From Candidatus Kaiserbacteria bacterium (lineage in GTDB: Bacteria > Patescibacteriota > Minisyncoccia > Phycocordibacterales > UBA2100): a stretch of 64,000 nucleotides of DNA. Under the pieces are notes generated by a model. That model saw only the letters and a list, made by a program, of their open reading frames with translations. It was not told the origin of the DNA and did not search any database. Positions 56,948 through 64,000 of the stretch are shown one piece after another (positions within the stretch are counted from its first letter, which is position 1; each line of letters opens with the position of its first letter). The translations under genes were made by a program, and so were the position numbers. The stretch spans positions 42,560 to 106,559 of the forward strand of contig JACPLD010000001.1 of NCBI GenBank assembly GCA_016186765.1, given 5' to 3'.

Positions 56948-58684
56948 TTAAGTCAGTTTGCCAGTCTTCTTGCCTACGAGATAATCACCGAGTGCGAGGT
57001 AATCTATTTCAGTGTGCTGAAAGGTTCTTATTGCGTCCCCGGGAGTGCAAACGATTGGTTCGTTATCGTTGAATGAGGTGTTCAAGACGATGGGGACTCC
57101 GGTCAATTTGTAGAATCGGCTAATTAGTTTGTGGTAGAGAGAATTTGTCTTCCTATCCACAAGCTGGGCCCGTGCAGTGCCGTCGACGTGCGTAACAGCG
57201 GGGATTCGATTCTTTTTATTTGCCTTCACATCAAAGTTGATAATCATGAACTCGGAGGAAAGGGAACGTGATTTCTTCGAGATTGAAAACCATGTACGGG
57301 CTTTCTCCGCAAGAACACTCGGTGCGAATGGACGAAACGGCTCGCGCCGTTTGATCCGCTCGTTCAATATCATTTTCATGTCGGGCCACCTCGGATCCGC
57401 AAGGAGAGAACGGTTCCCGAGAGCACGCGGACCCCATTCGACCCGGCCCTGAAACCATCCGATGATGTGTCCCTCAGCAAGACGAGAAGCAACTTCCTTT
57501 GTGATGTCTTTCATCTTCTTATAGTTTGTTACTCTCGCTCTTTTTAGTGCCCGTCGAATATCAGCGTCAGAAAACCGTGGACCCCAATAGGGATGTCGTA
57601 AGACGAAATTCCGCTTTTTGCCAAGCACACTGTTCCAAATGTAGTATGCGGCGCCAAGCGCCGTACCGGCATCGTTTGCGGCAGGCTGAATGTAGAGACG
57701 CTTGAACAATCCGCTCCTCGCAAGAAGGCCATTAGACACGCAGTTCAACGCGACCCCCCCGGCAAGGCACAAATTTTCCGATTTCGTCTTCTGCCTCAAG
57801 AAGCGCGCGACGTGGAGCACCACATCGTCTGTAACCTTTTGGAGCGCGGCAGCGATATCCTCTTGGTCGCGGCGGATGAGCGAGGGAGAGGTAATGCGCA
57901 AAACACCAAAGAGCTTCTCCAGCTGCGAAAAGTCGTCGACGCGCACCCGCAATATTTCATTGTCAACTATAAATTCACCATTGGGTCTCAAAGAAACGAT
58001 CCGCTGAAATGCCGGATAAAAACGATTTGTGTCTCCATATGCGGCAAGACCCATCACCTTTGAGGAATCATATTCCGTAAAGCCAAGGTATTTGGAAATC
58101 TTCTCCCAAAGAAAACCGATCGAGTGCGGATAGCCGATCTCTTTCAGGCGTTGAAGGTTTGTATCGACGCCGTGCCCCATCCATGTCGAGGTAAATTCGC
58201 CAATACCGTCCATCGAGAGCACGGCGGCTTCTCTAAAGGGCGACACCAAGAATGCACTCGCGGCGTGCGCCACATGGTGTGGAACCCACACGATCTTTCC
58301 ATTCATATTCTCGCGGGCAAGGCGATTCAAAAGCGTTGGGACCTTCCTGATTTTCGTGTAAAAGAGTTTCTCTCCCTTTTCAGAACCCCAGTCTCCCTCC
58401 ACGAAATATTTGTCCGCGTTGATGTTTTTGAGCCGATCCTCCGGCAGAAACGAAAGCCCGATGTGATCAACGTCCTTTAGCTCGATGCCTGCCGTCTTAA
58501 GGCAGAAGCGAATCGATTCGCGCGGAAGAACGTCGGGGTTGCTCACGAGCGCTTTTTTTCCGCGCTTGATGCGTGAAAACCGCTCTTCCTCGATGGCAGC
58601 CAGCAAGCGGCCGTTCTTTATGATGCAGGCCGAGAGTTCGTGATAGGCAAAATTGAGCCCTAAAATATAGCGGTGCCTATCCAT
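56948..58684 (-). CDS. NodU/CmcH family carbamoyltransferase
   Basis: EEERFSRIK, HHVAHAASAF, KVMGLAAYG, AGGVALNC, GPRALGNRS, FRPFAP, LNTSFN. Confidence 0.95.
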   Translation of the reverse strand: MDRHRYILGLNFAYHELSACIIKNGRLLAAIEEERFSRIKRGKKALVSNPDVLPRESIRFCLKTAGIELKDVDHIGLSFLPEDRLKNINADKYFVEGDWGSEKGEKLFYTKIRKVPTLLNRLARENMNGKIVWVPHHVAHAASAFLVSPFREAAVLSMDGIGEFTSTWMGHGVDTNLQRLKEIGYPHSIGFLWEKISKYLGFTEYDSSKVMGLAAYGDTNRFYPAFQRIVSLRPNGEFIVDNEILRVRVDDFSQLEKLFGVLRITSPSLIRRDQEDIAAALQKVTDDVVLHVARFLRQKTKSENLCLAGGVALNCVSNGLLARSGLFKRLYIQPAANDAGTALGAAYYIWNSVLGKKRNFVLRHPYWGPRFSDADIRRALKRARVTNYKKMKDITKEVASRLAEGHIIGWFQGRVEWGPRALGNRSLLADPRWPDMKMILNERIKRREPFRPFAPSVLAEKARTWFSISKKSRSLSSEFMIINFDVKANKKNRIPAVTHVDGTARAQLVDRKTNSLYHKLISRFYKLTGVPIVLNTSFNDNEPIVCTPGDAIRTFQHTEIDYLALGDYLVGKKTGKLT

Positions 58685-58754
58685 AGTGGAGCTTTGACGC
58701 CTTACAAGCGCACTTTATAATGATAGCAATAGGTAAGACGGATTCGCAAGAACC

Positions 58755-59579
58755 ATGAAGACGAACCTTACAATACGAGTTCTCGCACTAAATTACATCG
58801 CTGCGGTCGTCGTTACGCTCATTGTCCTCTTTTTTGGGTTGCGTGGGACACTCTGGAGTGACTTATATGGAGTTTTGTTCCTGGGATTTATTCCAGTGTT
58901 CGGGGGCATACATGGGATTACCTTGGCAAAGGCATGGGGTGGATTTCAAAGTGCAGTCGGAAGGGGCATTATGTTGCTGTCCCTCGGTCTGATTTCATGG
59001 GGGATAGGCACCTATATTTTCTCCGGCGTGTACAATTTTATCCTCAGCGTCGAAGTTCCATACCCATCACTCGCAGATGTGGGATACATACTTGCACTCC
59101 CTCTCTGGGCAGCTGCGATGATACAGCTCTCGCGCGCGACCGGTGCAAAATATGGTCTTCGAAAGGGAAGTGGTAAGATCGCATTGCTCGCAATTCCTAC
59201 AGTTGTCATACTTATCTCATACTATCTACTCGTGGTCGTCGCACGAGGTGGAGCAATTCCCACTTCAGATGAAGGACTTCTCAAGTTGTTCTTCGACCTC
59301 GCTTACCCAATAGGCGATGTTGTTATTCTCACGCTCGCAACGCTCGTGTACGGTCTCTCGTACAGCTACTTTGGAGGCATGTACAAAAAAGCCATTTACA
59401 CTATTCTCTTTGGGTTCGTGCTCATGTATGTTGCCGACTTCTCTTTTTCATATACAACAACCTTGGAAACCTGGTATCCTGGTGATTGGGTAGACCTTCT
59501 GTTCACCACCGCGGTTCTTACTCTTGCACTCGGTGTTGCAATGCTCGATCCTCGAGCCCAACCCCAAACGAGAACGTAA
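58755..59579 (+). CDS. Multi-pass membrane protein, putative sensor
   Basis: About eight TM helices; PYPSLADVGY and LAYPIGD motifs resemble membrane sensor regions of signalling proteins. Confidence 0.75.
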   Translation: MKTNLTIRVLALNYIAAVVVTLIVLFFGLRGTLWSDLYGVLFLGFIPVFGGIHGITLAKAWGGFQSAVGRGIMLLSLGLISWGIGTYIFSGVYNFILSVEVPYPSLADVGYILALPLWAAAMIQLSRATGAKYGLRKGSGKIALLAIPTVVILISYYLLVVVARGGAIPTSDEGLLKLFFDLAYPIGDVVILTLATLVYGLSYSYFGGMYKKAIYTILFGFVLMYVADFSFSYTTTLETWYPGDWVDLLFTTAVLTLALGVAMLDPRAQPQTRT

Positions 59580-59585
59580 AAAACT

Positions 59586-59870
59586 ATGTCAATGCTTGAT
59601 ACAGTGGCAACAAAAATCATTCGCGAGCAGGAGCTCGTCATCGGCCCCCTCGCATGGAGCGAGGCGGCAAAAGTAGCGGGGATGCGAGTAGATCCAGCGC
59701 GAAGAGGAGTAACGATTTCAAATGGAGATCCAAAAGCAACCGTTGACCGGCTCGTCGGTCAATACGAGCGACTCTTTGGGCGTGCATCACAAGAGGTGTG
59801 CAAGGAAGCGGCGGCAAGTCTTATCACAAGTCTGGCAAAAACAGAGGTTCCGGTCAGTCTACTCGCATAG
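59586..59870 (+). CDS. Small hypothetical protein between sensor and kinase
   Basis: 94 aa, 6 bp after the membrane gene, 14 bp before the kinase. Confidence 0.75.
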   Translation: MSMLDTVATKIIREQELVIGPLAWSEAAKVAGMRVDPARRGVTISNGDPKATVDRLVGQYERLFGRASQEVCKEAAASLITSLAKTEVPVSLLA

Positions 59871-59884
59871 GTTAGAATAGACCT

Positions 59885-60700
59885 ATGATGAGCGGCTCTC
59901 AAGCCAAAACGAAGAGCACTTCAGAGTACGAAGCCGAGCTCAAGGCCGCAAACGAGATCGTCTACAAACACTCGCTCGAGCTCGCACAGCTCACCAAACA
60001 GCTCGAACTCGCAAATAGAGAGCAGGAATCGCTCCTCCACTTCATCAGCCACGAAGTGAAGGGCTACCTCACGGAGAGCGAGGCAGGATTCGCCTCCATT
60101 GCTGAAGGTGACTACGGCGCAATTCCCGAGAAACTTCGGACGATGTCGAAAGAAGCGCTTGCGAACGTGCGACGCGGGGTTTCGACCGTGTTGGAAATAC
60201 TCGACGCATCGAACTTCAAAAAGGGAACCGTGCAATACGCAAAAAAGCCATTCGATCTCCGCAAAGCTATCACTGAAGTGGTCGGAGAACTAAAACCCCT
60301 TGCAGAAGAAAAGGACATAACGATCAATCTCGATATCGAGAAGGGTGAGTACGAATTCGTCGGAGACGAAGATAAGCTCCGCCGGCACGTGCTGCGCAAC
60401 CTCATAGATAATGCCATTAGGTACACTCTAGGGGGAGCGATAAACATTGAACTCACCGATGGTAAGGTTCTGCGTTTCAGCGTCAAAGATAATGGCGTCG
60501 GCATCACGCCGGAAGACATGAAAAATCTTTTTACCGAGGGCGGACACGGTAAAGATTCGATCAAGATAAATGTTCACTCCACAGGCTATGGGCTTTTTAT
60601 CGCGAAGCAGGTCGTCGAAGCTCACGGCGGGAAGATCTGGGCAGAATCGGAGGGGCAGGGGAAGGGCGCGACTTTCATCGTCGAATTCCCAACGAAGTAG
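59885..60700 (+). CDS. Soluble histidine kinase (HisKA + HATPase, no input domain)
   Basis: FISHEVK H-box, NLIDNAIRYT, DNGVGI, GYGLFIA. Confidence 0.93.
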   Translation: MMSGSQAKTKSTSEYEAELKAANEIVYKHSLELAQLTKQLELANREQESLLHFISHEVKGYLTESEAGFASIAEGDYGAIPEKLRTMSKEALANVRRGVSTVLEILDASNFKKGTVQYAKKPFDLRKAITEVVGELKPLAEEKDITINLDIEKGEYEFVGDEDKLRRHVLRNLIDNAIRYTLGGAINIELTDGKVLRFSVKDNGVGITPEDMKNLFTEGGHGKDSIKINVHSTGYGLFIAKQVVEAHGGKIWAESEGQGKGATFIVEFPTK

Positions 60701-60721
60701 GTTTTCTGCTATATTTATTCA

Positions 60722-61657
60722 ATGCAGAAGCTATTTACCGGTCTTCAGCCCTCGGGCTCGCTCCACATTGGCAACTATTTTGGCGCACTGAAACCGGCGG
60801 TTGAGATGTGCAAGGCCTACAACGGCATGCTCATGATCGCCGACTACCACGCGCTCACCACCCTTAAAGACCCGCGTGCGATGCGCGAGAACATCATGAG
60901 CGTTGTGAAGGATTACCTCGCCGCAGGCCTCGATCCTACGCGTACTACCATCTTCAAGCAATCCGACGTGCCGGAGCACACCGAACTTAGCTGGATTTTC
61001 CAATGCCTCGTCACCACTGCCTTCCTAGAACTCTCGCACGCGTACAAAGACAAAGTGGCAAAGGGACTCGAAGCAAACGCCGGCCTCTTCGCATATCCGA
61101 TACTCATGGCTGCCGACATCTTGCTCTACGACACGGATGTCGTCCCGGTAGGAGAGGATCAGCGGCAGCACCTCGAATATGCGCGCGAGACGGCCGCGAA
61201 GTTCAACAATACCTTCGGCCAGACATTCAAGGAACCAAAGGAGATGATCATAGAATCTGTCGCGGTCATTCCGGGTACGGATGGGAGAAAAATGAGCAAG
61301 AGTTACAACAACATCATCCCGCTCTTCGGCTCGAAGGACGAAATCGCGAAAGCCGTCATGTCGATTGTCACCGATTCGAAGGGCAAACGACCGGAAAACG
61401 TTTTTGCGATACACCGTGCATTCAAGCGCGAAGAGGAAATCGCGCCGCTGTATGAGAGGAGCAAAAGCAACTACAAAGCGATTAAAGAAGCGCTCATCGA
61501 GGACATCGAAGCCCTCATCGGCCCGATGCGTGCAAAACGCGATTCGATCTCCGATGATGACGCAAGACGCGTACTTGAGGGTGGCGGAGAGCGGGCTCGA
61601 AAGCGGGCGTCAAAGAAAATGCTCGATGTGCGGGAGAAAATCGGCGTCACCATATGA
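60722..61657 (+). CDS. trpS: Tryptophan--tRNA ligase
   Basis: HIGN, VPVGEDQ, KMSKS. Confidence 0.97.
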   Translation: MQKLFTGLQPSGSLHIGNYFGALKPAVEMCKAYNGMLMIADYHALTTLKDPRAMRENIMSVVKDYLAAGLDPTRTTIFKQSDVPEHTELSWIFQCLVTTAFLELSHAYKDKVAKGLEANAGLFAYPILMAADILLYDTDVVPVGEDQRQHLEYARETAAKFNNTFGQTFKEPKEMIIESVAVIPGTDGRKMSKSYNNIIPLFGSKDEIAKAVMSIVTDSKGKRPENVFAIHRAFKREEEIAPLYERSKSNYKAIKEALIEDIEALIGPMRAKRDSISDDDARRVLEGGGERARKRASKKMLDVREKIGVTI

Positions 61658-62967
61658 GTGCGCGCACGCTCAATAGAGATCTGCCAAAGAACGTCGGGAG
61701 GGTAGCGACGGTCGCTGGTTGGGTGGAGGTTCGGCGTGACCACGGCAAATTGATTTTTCTCGACATCCGTGACCGCTCCGGCATCGTCCAAGTTGTTGTG
61801 ACGCCGAAGACAAAAGAGGTACTCAAGATTGCCGCAACGGTGCGCCCCCAGTGGGTCGTCGAGCTTGAGGGCGAGGTGAAGGAGCGTCCAGCGGACATGA
61901 AAACCCAGAAGCCGCTGGGCGACATCGAGCTGGTCGTCCAAAGAATCTCAATCCTCGCCCAGGCAGACGAGCTTCCTTTCGATCTTTCGACCGAACTCAA
62001 CCTCGATACGTATCTCGACCACCTTCCGCTCACGCTGCGCACAAAACGAGCTCGCGACATATTCACGCTCCAGGAAACCATCATCGAGGGCTTCCGCGAG
62101 GCACTCCGTGCACAGGAATTCCGAGAATTTCAAGCACCGACGCTCGTCGGCGGCGACGCCGAAGGCGGCGCAGCCGCGTTCAAGGTCGGGTACTATTACG
62201 ACAAGCACGCCTATCTTGCCACTTCTCCCCAGCTCTACAAGCAGATTATGGTCGGCGTCTACGAGAGGGTATTTTCTACACCAAAGGTGTTCCGCGGCGA
62301 GAAGCACGCGACGACGCGACACCTTTCCGAATACAGCTCGATGGACTTTGAAATGGGTTTTATCAACGATCACCTCGACGTCATGCGCGTTGTCGAGCAC
62401 GCGATGCGACACATCGTCGGACAGGTTGGAAAAATACACGGAGACCTCTTGAGACGCTTCTCGGTCGAGATGCCTGCGATGGCGTCAAGCATGCCATCCC
62501 TCAAACTCCGCGAAGCGCAAAAGATACTCGGCGTCGGTGAGACGCCGGACCTCGAGCCGGAGCACGAGCGCGAGATATGCGCGTGGGCGAGGAATGAGAA
62601 GAGTTCCGATTTTCTGTTCATTACGCACTACCCGGTAAAAAAGCGTCCCTTCTACACCTACGAAGACGAGGCAGATCCTGGCTATACCAAGAGTTTCGAT
62701 CTCTTGTTCCGCGGACTTGAGATCACAACCGGCGGCCAGCGGATCCATGAGTACAAGCTACTCGTCGAGCGGATTCGCGAGTGGAACCTCGATCCCGAGC
62801 AATTTTCTTATTACCTCCAAGCATTCAAGTATGGAATGCCGCCGCACGGCGGCTCAGCAACGGGCCTCGAGCGTCTCACCGCGCGTATGCTCGGCCTCGC
62901 GAACATAAAAGAGGCCACGCTCTTTCCGCGCGATCTCAACCGCATCGACACACAGCTCTCCAAATAG
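61654..62967 (+). CDS. aspS: Aspartate--tRNA ligase, short archaeal/non-discriminating type
   Basis: OB fold, LATSPQLYKQ, GGQRIH, GMPPHGG; 437 aa, no GAD insert. Confidence 0.92.
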   Translation: MSARTLNRDLPKNVGRVATVAGWVEVRRDHGKLIFLDIRDRSGIVQVVVTPKTKEVLKIAATVRPQWVVELEGEVKERPADMKTQKPLGDIELVVQRISILAQADELPFDLSTELNLDTYLDHLPLTLRTKRARDIFTLQETIIEGFREALRAQEFREFQAPTLVGGDAEGGAAAFKVGYYYDKHAYLATSPQLYKQIMVGVYERVFSTPKVFRGEKHATTRHLSEYSSMDFEMGFINDHLDVMRVVEHAMRHIVGQVGKIHGDLLRRFSVEMPAMASSMPSLKLREAQKILGVGETPDLEPEHEREICAWARNEKSSDFLFITHYPVKKRPFYTYEDEADPGYTKSFDLLFRGLEITTGGQRIHEYKLLVERIREWNLDPEQFSYYLQAFKYGMPPHGGSATGLERLTARMLGLANIKEATLFPRDLNRIDTQLSK

Positions 62968-62984
62968 GTGATACCATTTTCCAC

Positions 62985-63707
62985 ATGAGTAGGTTTTCGG
63001 TTGAAACCGCCGGCTTCTCGGGACCGCTTGAAGCACTTCTCAATCTCATTGAAGAGCGGAAGCTCTCTATCTCGCAAGTATCGCTCGCGGAGGTGACCGA
63101 TGCCTACCTTACCTACGTTGAAAAGCTCCCGCAGCTCCCTTTGGGAGAGACAGCGCAATTCGTCCTCGTCGCCTCAACGCTGCTCCTCATCAAATCTCGC
63201 ACCCTGCTGCCATCGCTTACGCTCACCGAAGAAGAACGCGAGAGTGTGCAGGAGCTTGAGCGAAGGTTGGCGCGCTACGCGCTCATTAGGAAAGCCGCGA
63301 GGAGCTTGCGCAAGGAGTGGGGAAAGCGCCCGCTCCTCTTCCCGAAGCACGCGCCGGAAACGCCGGCGGTCTTCAGCCCAGCAGAGACTTCCCTCGGCGC
63401 AATCGCGGAAGCGGCGCGAAGACTCGTGAGCATCCTTCCGAAGCCGGAGGAGCTCGCAAAAGCAGCCGTTGCGCCCGTGCTCGCGCTCGAAGACGTGATC
63501 ATCCACCTCAAGAAGCGACTCTCGTCGGCGATCATCGCTCGTTTTTCGGAGCTGACGCACTCGCGCGACAAGCATGAGACCATCGTCTATTTCTTAGCAA
63601 CACTCGAGCTCGTTCGCGCAGGTTCGATCTCCGTGACGCAGGAGCGTCTCTTCGCAGATATCACGCTTGAAGCCGAACATACTGGGGTCCCTCGCTATGG
63701 AACATGA
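62985..63707 (+). CDS. scpA: Segregation and condensation protein A
   Basis: FSGPLEALLNLI, LLLIKSRTLLP, FLATLEL. Confidence 0.93.
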   Translation: MSRFSVETAGFSGPLEALLNLIEERKLSISQVSLAEVTDAYLTYVEKLPQLPLGETAQFVLVASTLLLIKSRTLLPSLTLTEEERESVQELERRLARYALIRKAARSLRKEWGKRPLLFPKHAPETPAVFSPAETSLGAIAEAARRLVSILPKPEELAKAAVAPVLALEDVIIHLKKRLSSAIIARFSELTHSRDKHETIVYFLATLELVRAGSISVTQERLFADITLEAEHTGVPRYGT

Positions 63708-63739
63708 ATAGGTTATAGGGACTAGGTTCTAGGTTTTAG
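63708..63739. repeat. 7-bp-period array (TAGG family)
   Basis: ATAGGTT ATAGGGA CTAGGTT CTAGGTT TTAG fills the scpA-scpB gap. Confidence 0.85.
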
Positions 63740-63740
63740 C

Positions 63741-64000
63741 ATGACCCAAAACGTAACAACTGAAGACTTGGCAAAGAGGGCAGCGGCATTCCTGTTTGCC
63801 GAGGGAGGGGAGATACCACGAAAGAAACTCGCCTCGCTCGTCAGCTGCAAGGAGGAGGCAGAACTAAAGAGCATACTCGGAAGCGTGAGGAATCGCCTGA
63901 AGGGAAGCGGGATTGGATTAATAGAAACAGATACAGCGGTCAGTCTCGCGGTTTCGGAAGATACCAGTGGTGTTGTGCAAGAGGCCTTGAAGCGCGAGCT
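63741..64000 (+). CDS. scpB: Segregation and condensation protein B, N-terminal part (runs off the window end)
   Basis: AAAFLFAEGGEIPRKKLASL...LKGSGIGLIE directly after scpA. Confidence 0.8.
   Translation, partial: MTQNVTTEDLAKRAAAFLFAEGGEIPRKKLASLVSCKEEAELKSILGSVRNRLKGSGIGLIETDTAVSLAVSEDTSGVVQEALKRE

Noticed and set aside
415-62984. N-terminal extensions given by the ORF track for pgi, uvrA, carB, ddl, mnmA, rpsM, rpsD and scpA
   Set aside because: They run through repeats, promoters or neighbouring genes; family similarity starts at the downstream ATG used here
22-63583. Many long antisense or alternate-frame ORFs in the track (e.g. 22-801, 3255-3998, 28836-29573)
   Set aside because: Shadows of well-supported genes in GC-rich coding DNA, with no motifs of their own
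1-64000. CRISPR array or cas operon
   Set aside because: No 23-50 bp repeats with unique spacers; the AddB/Cas4-like nuclease at 38974-39762 has no cas neighbours

Overview
64 kb of a compact, mostly housekeeping bacterial chromosome. Gene content and style (short AlaS, archaeal-type non-discriminating AspS, cupin PGI, short L13, few Shine-Dalgarno sites) suggest Patescibacteria/CPR (Parcubacteria-like); this is inference. Core genes: murB (partial), pgi, uvrA, carAB, uvrC-like, ddl, tdh-kbl, fba-glpX, rmuC, rplU, recR, dnaB, mltG, mnmA, alaS, infA-rpmJ-rpsM-rpsK-rpsD-rpoA-rplQ-rplM-rpsI, grpE-dnaK-dnaJ, trpS, aspS, scpA, scpB (partial). Signals not explained by the gene list: (1) a 3.5 kb serine-recombinase element in tRNA-Ala(TGC) whose crossover core lies inside the recombinase 3' end and which carries a second, inverted, intact attP-like junction, so both of its genes sit between inverted repeats and three recombinase C-termini are possible; (2) 14 intergenic arrays of degenerate 7-bp repeats, many as inverted pairs, at junctions of housekeeping genes; (3) several families of short palindromes found both between genes and in frame inside uvrA, uvrC, carA, carB, mnmA, yqeY and mpg; (4) -10 boxes placed 6 nt before many start codons (leaderless mRNAs); (5) an attenuator-like leader on carAB; (6) a diverged duplicate of the udg 3' end behind a perfect 32-bp palindrome. 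All calls come from reading the sequence and translations by eye; no searches were run.
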